Source: Lytechinus pictus (lineage: Eukaryota). From it: DNA of 64,000 nucleotides. The position numbers and the translations under genes are program-made. The notes under the pieces are model-generated. The model was not told the DNA's origin. It did no database searches and worked only from the letters and a program-made list of their open reading frames with translations. The number at the start of each line of letters is the position of its first letter. Within the stretch, counting starts at the first letter, position 1. The stretch is taken from contig NC_087245.1 in NCBI RefSeq assembly GCF_037042905.1, positions 37,140,001 to 37,204,000 of the forward strand. The letters run 5' to 3'. Of the stretch, positions 52,837 through 64,000 are shown piece by piece.

Positions 52837-54332
52837 TTAAACCGAGGAAAAGATTCCTTAATACTTACATTTAAACAAAATGCTGGCCAATGATGATGAT
52901 CGGGCCAATTTTTAGCAAAATAGCTTCATGGCAAATTGCTGCTGATTCTCTATCTAAGCGCTCATCGCTATGGCAATTATGCAAATTAGTTCATCGAGAG
53001 TACATGCATAATTTCTGTACGAATGTATATACGTATGTGCCACGCCCAAGTTGATACGTCGGGTAAGGTGTATTGGTTGGTGTACAAGCTACTAGCAGGC
53101 ATTTTTTTGTTGCTTTCTTTGAGTGAAGACATGTAGTCGTCTGAGTTTAATTCCTGTCAGTCGCCATTTTTATGTTTCCGGAGTTGTATCTTCAAGTTGT
53201 TTAGTCACCAAATGAATCTCACTTAATTTTTAAGTCTTCAATAATTATTTACCAAGTTTTGAATCAATTTATGAAACGAGTAAAGAAGTCGTCCTTTTTG
53301 GTGTACCTAAAAACTCACTGCGGTGGTAAGCAATAATTTAATTCTTTGAAATGATTTATATGTATAAAGATTTGTTTACCTCGATCTTTTAGGTAAAATG
53401 AGAAAATGTAATCCAAAAGCATGATTGGCATGTATGAATGAGGATAAATGCGAATGTTTGTTTGGGTAAATATAGCTATACATCTCAAAGATCCTTTTCT
53501 CGAAAGACACTCTGGATTATTGTTTTAATATAGAGTTCTATCGTCAGGACTGGAGTCGGCTACCCTATCGGGTACGTTTATGCAGCCATTACTGATCATC
53601 AAGGACAGCTCAATGTCGTCATTTTGGGACACTCGCAACACAGTTCGTCGATTTGTCGCAGAAACATCGACAGCGCCATCACCGGCAAGAGTTGGAACCG
53701 TGTTTCAAATAAAGCCAGGGGCCCCACCCTACTGCGAACTGACAATTAGGTTTCGTGTGAATGCATGTGGGTGATTAAGTGTGGGTGTTTCATTTAGTCT
53801 GTGAATATTTTCCTGTTCAATTAAAATATTATTCAAAATCTCAAATGTATTTTGAACACTCGAGAGTTCGATTAGATTTTCCAAGCTTTCGTAATAACTA
53901 TTGATTAGGCTCAAATCTCAGTGTTCTAAGGAAAATGGGAATTAATAACCTACTCTGTTGTAAACTGATATTGGAACGAGAACTTATTAATTATAAAATG
54001 CTATTATAAAATTTACTCAAAGTATCAGGGTTTTCGTTGTACTGAGTATCCGTTCACAAGTTTACCTCTCTTTTCTTTCCGGGCGCCCCAATATAGGGCC
54101 GTGACAGGGACGTTTAGAGTCAATTGAGAGCGCATGGACAAAGAGCAAACTAGTACACCAGTGGCACCTAGGGACGAGGTATATTCCATGGCCTCGACTG
54201 TGCAGTCAAAGGAGGAATATAGATATAACAGTAACCACACCGAGAGTAAGAGCCCAAAGCAAACATCACAATGAGAAGTATAGACTTCTTGGCTTTTATT
54301 GTGTTTGTAATTAATAATTTGGAACACGAACA

Positions 54333-55724
54333 GGTGCTAGGTAAAAGTGGCAGAGGTAAAAATGGCAGAGGTAATAATGGCAGAGGTAAAAATGGCAGAG
54401 GTAAAAATGGCAGAGGTAAAAATGGCAGAGGTAAAAATGGCAGAGGTAAAAATGGCAGAGGTAATAATGGCAGAGGTAAAAATGGCAGAGGTAAAAATGG
54501 CAGAGGTAAAAATGGCAGAGGTAATAATGGCAGAGGTAAAAATGGCAGAGGTAAAAATGGCAGAGGTAATAATAGCGGAGGCAAAAATGGCAGAGGCATA
54601 AATGACAGAGGTAAAGATCATGACATGCTACATCAACAAGGAAAAGACAGAGCCTTTCCGGTTAATATCTGTCTTAATTACGGTATTGAACTTGAATTGA
54701 CTCCTCTCGACGAAATTAGTATTATGAACTAATTAGATATTATATGGATTTTTTGTCATCATTTTAGGTCTATACTTTATCGTTGATATGATTAAACTCA
54801 AACATTTTCATGCCAAAATGATTTCAATTAGTGATTGATGAAAGGATTTATCTTGGCCAGTTCGTATATGAGAACAGCACCTCATCCCATACATATGTAA
54901 ACACCAATGTGCGCTACTATTAACACACTTAATTAGACATTTCGGGATTTCTTTGAACCACTTGCATAACTTGGATAACAATTTGCAGAAAAATATATTG
55001 GTGGTTTGTAGAAAGTCCATCAAAAATTAAGAAAGTGATTAGAAGTTTGAGTTTTTGATCTGTGACGTCATATACTAGCAGCTGCCCCGTATTTTATGCA
55101 CCAAAATACATACTTTTCAATTTTTAATCAGTGGTTCATGATTGCCCAAAAATTCTTTCAGGAGCGGATGTGAAATGATTTGTAGGTTGATATACTTAAG
55201 AAAATGATATTTCATTTATATTTATTATTACATCATATGTGGGAAAAACTGCTCGGAAATGGCGTCAACGTTAAAATGTAAAATTCTAATAGCTTTTTCA
55301 ATCTTTGATGGACTCCTAAAACCCCCACCAATATCATTTTAAATTTTTCTGCTATTTATGTCAGAGTGAATTTCCCTGTAATGAAGTAAGTATAATATAG
55401 GTTTTCCCGTCCAATTTCATCAGAGTTGCATTTAAATTAATGAAAGGACGTTTAAATTCGAAATATTTAATGTCCACCCTCTGCACGCATGGTTCATTTT
55501 CATTCATTCAGCCTCCAATTTCGTTCCATATCATTCCTTTGAATTTTGTAGAAATTCAATTTAAAGAGAAATTCGTTCAAATTAATGGCCCAAAGTTGTC
55601 ATTTAATTTCGCTACGCCATTTTTACCTCTGCCATTTTTACCTCTGCCATTTTTACCGTTGCCATTTTTACCTCTGCCATTTTTACCTTTACCATTTTTA
55701 CCTCTGCCATTTTTACACCGAGCC
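54333..55724. mobile_element. Foldback-like DNA element with inverted arrays of a 15-bp unit and an 8-bp TSD
   Basis: (ggcagaggtaaaaat)n at 54340-54615 and (gccatttttacctct)n at 55615-55717; flanks CACGAACA 54325-54332 / CATGAACA 55725-55732. Confidence 0.75.
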
Positions 55725-55904
55725 CATGAACATACCTGTTTCAAGTTATATTATCAGTCAGAATCAAACAGAATTGCACAGCTTCTGTATAGTCGAGAGA
55801 GTAGCATTTAATAAGTAAACGTTTGTAGCGCCCTCTTTTGGCAGGATCATTACATGCTCCTCAAATCTCATAAACATGCAGATATTGTAACATCCTCCCT
55901 TCTT
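55725..55904 (-). mobile_element. Gypsy polypurine tract and start of the 3' LTR
   Basis: The - strand reads aaagaagggagga|TGTTACA..., about 400 bp after the pol stop; the LTR probably resumes left of 54325, where AATAAA occurs on the - strand. Confidence 0.6.
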
Positions 55905-56313
55905 TGAGCTTTGTGCTAGAGAGAATGTATATAATTGAAAAAATGTCGATGATAAACCAAACAATTAAATGTATGTAAATATTTCCAAAATATAAAACCA
56001 AAATACCAGTTTATGAGACTTTCACATTTTTTGTAGTTGCACAAAAATTATACTTGCAAAAAAGAATAATTGAGTTAAAAACAGTTCTTCCAGTTGCAAA
56101 CAAAATGTTTTAAAAGTCCAGGTTAAATTGTCCAGGTTAATTTCACAAAATAAAAAGTCCAGATAGATGAGTTGATGAATGAGTTGGTTGTTGCTTCAGT
56201 TCTGACTTCAAAATTTGCTTGAGTTAAAAAAAAAAAAAAACTTGTTTAAGAAATGTTAGTGTTCAGTTTATTTATTTCAGCATTCACTTTCTTTCCTTCT
56301 TCGGTTTAAATGT

Positions 56314-59300
56314 TCAAAACGTAACAAAATCCCTCCTCTTAAGCGGTTTGCGTCGCTGACGTCTAGATCGTCTTAGGGAAGCTGGGTTGGTTGGTTCCGT
56401 TTCTGAGGTATTCAAGTTTGCATCACGCGACTTCTCCGGACTGTTAATATCCGCGTTCTGGGATATCTGGGTCCTGGTATAGGAAGTATGGCGCTCAGTA
56501 GTTGGTACATCAGGTTGAGGATTACCATCAGAACGTCTCCAGTTGAAAAGAGCAGGACCAGTGTCATGTAAATCTTGTGGTTCAGATGTGGCTCTGAGGT
56601 GTTCTCTGTTCCTTCTGAGAACCTGGCCCTCACAGCGAACTTCATAGGAACGGTCATCCAGTTTCTTAAGGATAACTGCTTTCTTCCACTTCTTGTTATT
56701 GTTGAATGGCTTGACTCTTACGACTGCTCCTGGTGAGAGATCTTTCAACTTTCTTGTATCTCTGTTGAAATACTTTGCTTGACGTTTCTGGCTTTCTTTC
56801 ATTCTCTCAAGATCAGCCTGTGGGTTGCGATCAGGTGCAAGCAACCGAGTCGAAGTGGGGAGGAGAGTACGAGTCCGACGGCCCATGAATCTTTGGACTG
56901 GACTACTCTGGATACCTTGTGTAGGGGTGTTGCGAATGTTGAGTAAGGCTAGATCAACATCATCTCCAGTATCCTTGCATCTTGTAAGTAGTTTTTTTGC
57001 AGTCTTGACAGCAGACTCTGCTTTGCCATTAGCTTTGCTGTTGTATGGAGAGATGATATTATGCTTAACTCCAAGCTTTTTGGCAAATTCAGCAAATTTG
57101 TTAGAGGAGAAAGGAGGACCATTGTCAGATACGATGATTTCAGGTACTCCATATCTCCCAAACTGGTGTTTCAGTTTCTTGATGACTGCAGGGGCAGTTG
57201 TCCTCTGTAGTTTTTCTATCTCAAAGTAGTTTGAGTAGTAACAGATCATGATCAAATATGTGTCATTACTATGATGGAAAAGATCCAGTCCTATTTTAGC
57301 CCATGGTCTGTCTATAATCTGGTGCGACATCAGAGGCTGGGCAGGCTGTGAGCTGGAGTTTTCTTGGCATGTGGCACATGTTTGAATAAATTCCTTGATT
57401 TCTTTACTCATGCCCGGCCAGTAGAGATGATCACAAGCTCTCCTCAAAGTTGACTCAACACCATTGTGACCACGATGTAACTCCTCTTTCATTTTGTGCC
57501 TGACTTGTTTTGGGACTACAAGCCGTTCACCCTTGAAGATTAGATCATCACTGACAGAAAGTTCATCTCTGAAACCAAAGTATGGGGTGAGTGACTGAGG
57601 AAGTTGTGACTTGTGGTCTGGCCACCCTTCAAGAATGGTGTCTTTGAGTTGGCAGAGAGTAGGGTCATTGGCAGTCTTTTTATCTCTGCTATCTTGTCAT
57701 CAGGTAGTGCCAAGTGGTTAACAGCATTCACCACTTCTAGATCATGTTGTCCACTCTCATAGGGAAGAGAAGCACGGCTAAGAGCATCAGCCAGGACGTT
57801 GTCCTTGCCCTTGAGATATCTCACTTGTATGTCATATGCAAGAGCTCGTAGCAGTAACCCTTGCAGAAGCTTTGGAGCTCTATCCAGGTGTTTCTTGCAG
57901 ATGCTTTCAAGATGTTTGTGGTCATCGAACACAGCTATTTCACGGCCATAGGTGTATTGATTCCATTTCTCCAGTGCAAATACTATACCAAGCATTTCTT
58001 TCTCAATGACAGAGTATCTGGATTCGGCATCACTCAGCATTCTGCTAGCATAGGCTATCGGTCTTCCATCTTGTAGCATAACCGCACCTACGCCTGTGGA
58101 GCTGGCATCAGTCTGAATTTCTAGCGATTTGCTATGATCGTAGAAGGCCAACACAGGTGCTTGCACTAGCATCTCTTTCAACACCTTGAAAGCTTTGTCG
58201 TGGTTGGAGTCCCAAGTCCACGCTGAGTTGTTATGCGTCAAGTCATTGAGAGGTTTCATCACATCTGATAACTTAGGTAGGTATCTGGATAGGTAGTTTA
58301 CCATGCCACGCAAGCGATGGATGTCATCTTTGCAAGAAGGATCAGTCATGTTCAGGATAGCTTCGATCTTTGATGGATCAGGTTTGAGTCCAGAGCTGGA
58401 TACGATGTGGCCAAGGAATGAGATTTCCTTCAGTCGGAACTGACATTTCTCCTTGTTCAACACAATGCCAACAGCCTGACATTTCTTCAGTAGACAATGA
58501 AGTCGGGCATCATGCTCAGCATCACTGTTGCCCCAGATGATGATGTCATCGGCCACACAGCGGACTCCAGAAAGACCATCAAGTGCTTGGTGAAGCCTCT
58601 TTTGGAAGATTTCACTACTGACTTTCAAACCAAATGGAAGACGTTTCCATCTGTACCTTCCCCAGGGTGTGGCAAAAGTAGTCAGTAAACTAGACTCTTC
58701 ATCTAACTTGCAGTGAAGGTATCCGTCTTTCAAGTCACAGATTGAAAAGACTGTAGCATCTGACAGCTGAGGTAGAATATCATCTAAGACAGGTAAGGGA
58801 TAGTGCTCCCTCTTAAGCACGATGTTGAGAGGTCTGGGGTCTAGACAAACACATACTTTACCAGATTTTTTCTGCACCACAGCCATCTGATTTACCCAAT
58901 CAGTTGGAGAGCTGACTTCTTCGATGATGTCTTTTGCCTGAAGATCATCAAGTGCATCCTTTACTTTGCCTTTCAAGGATTCAGGGATGATTCTAGCTGG
59001 GCAAACAGTAGGCATTGCATCATCCGTAACTGTCAGATGAACAGGACTTCCAGGCAGAGTGCCAATTGAAGAAGACGAGAACACATCAGGATACTTGTCA
59101 GGTATTATCTCAGCAATGTCCTCAGGAACTATGCTGCGTACTAGCTCAAGGGAATCATAATGAACAGTAATGAGCTGCATCTTTTCCCCTGCTGTTTTGC
59201 TCAACAGTGGAGGTAGATCTTCCTTTACTACAATGTATTCAACTTTGTATTTCTTGCCAGTAGCAGGATTTCTGGTTATCACCTTACACTTGCCAATAGC

Positions 59301-60199
59301 CTGAGTTGTAGCTTTATTCCACATGGATAGACGGATGTTTGCACTCTGAACTACATCCTCCTTTTTTAGATACTTTTGTGGTAGAAGATTCACTGTTGCA
59401 CCTGAGTCCAGTTGGAACGGTACCCTCTGATTGTTGATAAGCATATTACAGATAATTGGCTCTTTGTCCATATCCACTGCATTAATTTGCACAAAACTAA
59501 TGCTTTGAGCTGAGGATGAGTAGTCATCATCTCCGACATGGTGAACATTCTTGGTCTTGCACACTGAAGATCCCTTGAAGTGATTAGGCTTACTGCAAGC
59601 TTTGCACTTTTTTCCCCATGCTGGACAGGACTCTTTTTTCATCTCATGAACCCTGTTACAGAACTTGCACTTCTTAACCTCTGATTTACCTTTCTGTAGA
59701 TCTTTCCCTTTTGGTTTCTGCGTGCTATACTTCTTTCTTCCAGACTTTGGGAAATGTCTCTGTCCAACCTTATGTATGTCTTCATTCTTTTGACTCAGAG
59801 CTTTCATTTGGACAGAAGTAGCCTCTACAGCTTTACACACGTCTATAGCAGTCGTGAGGTCAAGGTCAGATCTCGAAATGAGTAGTTCTCTCATACGATC
59901 TTCACGCACACCGAGTAGGACACGATCAACAAGCAGCTTGTCTTTCATACAATCACAGAATCCACACGTTTTGCTCATCATACGAAGAACCGTGACATAC
60001 TGCTCAATGGATTCCCCACTCTCTTGATTGCGCTGATTAAATCTAAATCTCTCAAAGAATTCCCTGCTCTCCCCAAGGAAATGTGTGTTAAACTTGTCCA
60101 TAATCACAGAACATTTGATGCTATCAGCCTCTGTAGCAAATTTCATGCCATTGTAGACGCGAAGACATTCCGGTCCAACACTGAAGGAGAAGGGCAGTC
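56314..60199 (-). mobile_element. Ty3/Gypsy gag-pol (zinc knuckles, protease, RT, RNase H, integrase), frameshifted near 57677
   Basis: CKFC..H....CPA and CKAC...NHF...C knuckles, LDSGA protease, DLKDGY/LPFGL/VADD RT, TDAS RNase H, HRGH..CATC and SDNGPPF..NGKAES integrase. Confidence 0.95.
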
Positions 60200-60206
60200 T
60201 GATAAC

Positions 60207-61848
60207 CAGGCCTCTACAAAAAAAAAATTCATCACTTGCCCTGTCGGGCAAGTGATTAAAAAATTTGCTTGCCCGATAGAAAAAACTGCTTGCCCGATTT
60301 TTTTTCAAAAATTCTGGCTGAACTTGATTCACTGGCGCTGCCCTTGGCATTTCTTTTTCTTGACTCTTGTTCAAGTTGTTCTGGCCGCCGATCACGACGA
60401 CAAAAGTCGCCTATTTTAGTCTGACGACTCATTGTTTATTTGGTTTGAAGTTGAAGCCGAGTCCTGGCCAGGGTGACCAGATTTCACAAAATGAAATACG
60501 GGACAATCGACGGCTACACAGTGTTAGACTTGTGAAAAAAGTACAGAATTGGAAGGGAGGGTGAACGAAAGAATGAAGGAGAGAAAGAAAAGAGATGAAT
60601 TGAGAAGAAAGAAAGAAAAAATGAAGGGGAAAATGAAGGAAATAATAAAAATATAAGAAAGTTCTAATAAAAGAAGGATGAGAGAATAGAAATAGATAAA
60701 AAGGTTTCTGTCATTCTTTGAATTGAATATAGGAAGAAAAAAAAAAAAGATGAATAAATGTGTGAAAGTCAAAACAAAGAAGAGAAAGACAAAAAGAAAG
60801 TAAGAAAAAAGAAGGAGGAAAGAAAGAATGAAGGAAAGAAAATTTTCCTTCATTCTTGGAAAGAAAGAAACAAAGAAAGAAGAAAACAGGAAGGAAGGAA
60901 GAAAGAAAGTATAAGGGAAAAGAGTAAGAACAAAATGAAATAAATAATGAAAGAAAGAAAGGAGGAAAGAGAGGGAGGAAAGAATGAAGGGAGGCCAGAA
61001 TGAAAAAAAAAGAAATAATGGAAGGAGAGATAGAACGAAAATAAAAACGAGTGGAAGGGAGAAGGAATGAAGGAAACAAAAAAAGGAAATGTACTAAAGA
61101 AGGCAAGTAAGAGAAAGAAGGAAAGAAAGAAAATGAACAGAGGGGGAGAGAGAGAAAGGATCAGGAAATAAAAATAGATATGTAACAAAAAAGGGCAAGA
61201 TGAAAAAATTAAGATAGAAGGATAGAAAAGAAAGAAAGAGGAAAAAGTTCAAACTTCATGCAAATAAAAACAATCCAATCATATAACAAAAATCCAAATG
61301 ATATTTGGTGTTTTTTTATATATTTTTAAAATTAAAAAAAAACTAAAATGTTTTAGAAATGAATAAAATACGGGACGTCTGGTCCTGGCCGAGTCAGTCC
61401 AAAGCTTGCATGCATTCAGCGCGATCTAGCTCGAGACTCGGCTGGCGCGATCGCTCGCGTACGTCCGTACATGCGCTCAGAATCAGAGGGCGAGAGAGGG
61501 GTTTCCCCAGCTAGCTCCTTCGTCGATTAGTAGCGCATGCGCACATTGTAGTTTAGAAAGTAAGATGGCAGCCTCCATCGAACGGGACCGCTGGCGATAA
61601 ATTGTCGCCTTTTGTTGGTAAATTGGCGCTGATTTGACATGTTTCCACTGTTTTTTTACTGGTATGACATTGTATGAGAGATAATTGGCCGATAATTGCA
61701 ATTTATCAAAAAATTATTAAACTTTACTGTCAATTTATCTTTTTCATTTTCAAAACAACCACTTGCCTGATCGGGCAATTGACTTTGAGAAATGCTTGCC
61801 CGCACGTCATTTTCACTTGCCCCGGGCAAGCGGGTTTGTCGCGCCTTG
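60207..61848. mobile_element. hAT-like non-autonomous element inserted in Gypsy gag, itself carrying a second hAT-like insert (60469-61381) with a GA-rich core
   Basis: TSD TGATAAC at 60200-60206 and 61849-61855; subterminal cttgccc/gggcaag repeats; inner element cagggtgaccaga flanked by GTCCTGGC at 60461 and 61382. Confidence 0.8.
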
Positions 61849-61855
61849 TGATAAC

Positions 61856-61949
61856 GATCAGGTTGTTGAGAGAGATTTGTGAGAATAGAGTAATTTTCCC
61901 ATTGCTGGCTCCACATTTTCCACTCCTCTGCGACATTATTTCCAGCACT
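61856..61949 (-). mobile_element. Gypsy gag N-terminal fragment
   Basis: SAGNNVAEEWKMWSQQWENYSILTNLSQQPD joins through the TSD (RY) to QTALLLQC at 60199 once the insertion is removed. Confidence 0.85.
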
Positions 61950-63616
61950 CTAGGCGACACCCCAATACTTACCCGTGCTAATAAACTGGGACTCCACTCA
62001 CGCGCGTTTGGGCCTCCCTAGCTTAGAACTAAGCACTAATATCACCTTAAAAACTAAATCTACAAGGTATGTATAATCTATTTATAAATTTAATAATGTT
62101 TAATCGGTACTCACCGGTTCTTTTGTTGCATTTTCAGACCATTTCTCACAATTCTTCGTAAATATTTGCGGCAAATTTTGTCGCCATAGACAGCTTAGCG
62201 TCCATCTTTATTGATAAATGGAGCGCCCTTTACGATAGTTGTTAATGCCGCGGAGAAATCGTTAGGCATTTTGGCCTGTGTTCAAGGCGTTCTTTCTGTT
62301 TTATTTTTATATTGAAGATTGTGCATTTGTTGAATAGCGCCGTCTACGTCAGGTATGAGATCGAGTGTATAAATACACTCTTCCAAAATAATTATGATTC
62401 CGACCTGGCGCTGTTTAACTTCAATCTCTTTCACCTAAATTAGCGATGAATGCTAGCATTATAAAATATATATTATTAACGTCTGACGAAAAGAATAACC
62501 AACCGATCAGCTGACGAGAACGCGAATCACGTGATCTTCATATCAGCTTCGATCGCGAGTCAGAAGAGAGGAGCAGTTGCCCAGAAAATCAGGAAAAAGC
62601 CGTGAAAATGTAAGTTCCCCTTCATTTCTTTCAATTTTTTTTATTGCTAACAATGTATTCAATTAGTGAGATCGAAATGTAATGATTAGACAGTACGATA
62701 GCTTGTAGTTTTGATAAAATACAAAAATAATCATCTTCACAAAGATTTCTGACACAAAATACTACTGATGTCGCCTATGAGCACTCTAGGCGACACCCCA
62801 ATACTTACCCGTGCTAATAAACTGGGACTCCACTCACGCGCGTTTGGGCCTCCCTAGCTTAGAACTAAGCACTAATATCACCTTAAAAACTAAATCTACA
62901 AGGTATGTATAATCTATTTACAAATTTAATAATGTTTAATCGGTACTCACCGGTTCTTTTGTTGCATTTTCAGACCATTTCTCACAATTCTTCGTAAATA
63001 TTTGCGGCAAATTTTGTCGCCATAGACAGCTTAGCGTCCATCTTTATTGATAAATGGAGCGCCCTTTACGATAGTTGTTAATGCCGCGGAGAAATCGTTA
63101 GGCATTTTGGCCTGTGTTCAAGGCGTTCTTTCTGTTTTATTTTTTATATTGAAGATTGTGCATTTGTTGAATAGCGCCGTCTACGTCAGGTATGAGATCG
63201 AGTGTATAAATACACTCTTCCAAAATAATTATGATTCCGACCTGGCGCTGTTTAACTTCAATCTCTTTCACCTAAATTAGCGATGAATGCTAGCATTATA
63301 AAATATATATTATTAACGTCTGACGAAAAGAATAACCAACCGATCAGCTGACGAGAACGCGAATCACGTGATCTTCATATCAGCTTCGATCGCGAGTCAG
63401 AAGAGAAGAGCAGCTGCCCAGAAAATCAGGAAAAAGCCGTGAAAATGTAAGTTCCCCTTCATTTCTTTCATTTTTTGTTGTTGCTAACGATGCATTTACA
63501 CTATAAAATTATAATTTAAATAAGAGAAAGGAATTATAGCTTGTACTTGTGATATAATGTTTAAATATCCTGTTCTCAGAGATTTCTAACCAAAAATACT
63601 ACTGATGTCGCCTATG
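61944..63616. repeat. Tandem dimer of an 836-bp unit with short TIRs
   Basis: Units start at 61944 and 62780 (agcactctaggcgacacccc...); each is bounded by taggcgaca / tgtcgccta. Confidence 0.9.
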
Positions 63617-64000
63617 AGGTCCATACATGTAATGTTGGACCTCATTGGTACTAGGAGTGCCTATGAGGTCCATACATGGGCAATTCCATGGAAAATGTTC
63701 ACTTTAGAGAAAAAATTAAGTTTCAGATTTCACTTCAGCAGTCAAATTTTCTTAAAAAGTAATCTATAAAGTCTCAATTTCCAATAGAAAAATCGCAATA
63801 TTGATAAAGTTTGTAGTTTTTTCCATCATCAAAAAAATAGAATAGTAAATTGCAAAATGTAAAAAATGTGGCTATTTTTTAAACAATTCATCTTTCCTGT
63901 CTCTACTAAAAGCAAATAAGGTCCCAGAGGTCTCTTTTAACTTTTGAATAGTTGATTAATGTTTAAATCAACAGAAAATCATCATTAAATTTTATGCCAT

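Noticed and set aside
54168..54732. ORFs with repeating GKNGR / MAEVK / LPFLP peptides
   Set aside because: They are translations of a stop-free 15-bp tandem array at a transposon end, open in several frames
56326..56341. Alternative PPT/LTR start at the end of the integrase ORF
   Set aside because: The purine run at 55893-55904 followed directly by TGTTACA fits better
60200..60395. N-terminus of the 951-aa ORF as real Gag sequence
   Set aside because: It reads out of the inserted hAT-like element; the true Gag start lies at 61856-61949 and beyond
60524..61250. Phe/Leu/Ser-rich and Lys/Glu-rich ORFs
   Set aside because: Low-complexity GA-rich filler within a transposon

Overview
AT-rich, repeat-dense animal genomic DNA. 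The SINE, MITE and LINE complement suggests an echinoderm such as a sea urchin, but this is an inference. The + strand carries the last six coding exons of DNAJC10/ERdj5 (845-8347; two WCGPC thioredoxin domains; C-terminal KDEL). The - strand carries three exons of a mitochondrial asparaginyl-tRNA synthetase (NARS2-like) gene that looks damaged: an in-frame TAG, the motif-3 Arg changed to Cys, and middle exons I could not find. Other large features are an intact 1044-aa endonuclease/RT LINE ORF, a decayed LINE, and a Gypsy LTR retrotransposon hit by several nested DNA-transposon insertions. tRNA-derived SINEs, MITEs and minisatellites are numerous. The most unusual signal lies between the two convergent genes. 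There is a roughly 4.2-kb diverged fold-back (29005-33265) whose arm differences are strongly biased toward G-U-compatible pairs on the - strand. There are also two paralogous ~500-bp diverged hairpins (20393-20883, 22671-23191), each directly behind a splice acceptor, and an upstream CDE/CHR-TATA-donor module. Together these suggest a candidate long-hairpin RNA (endo-siRNA-like) locus. All alignments were done by eye.
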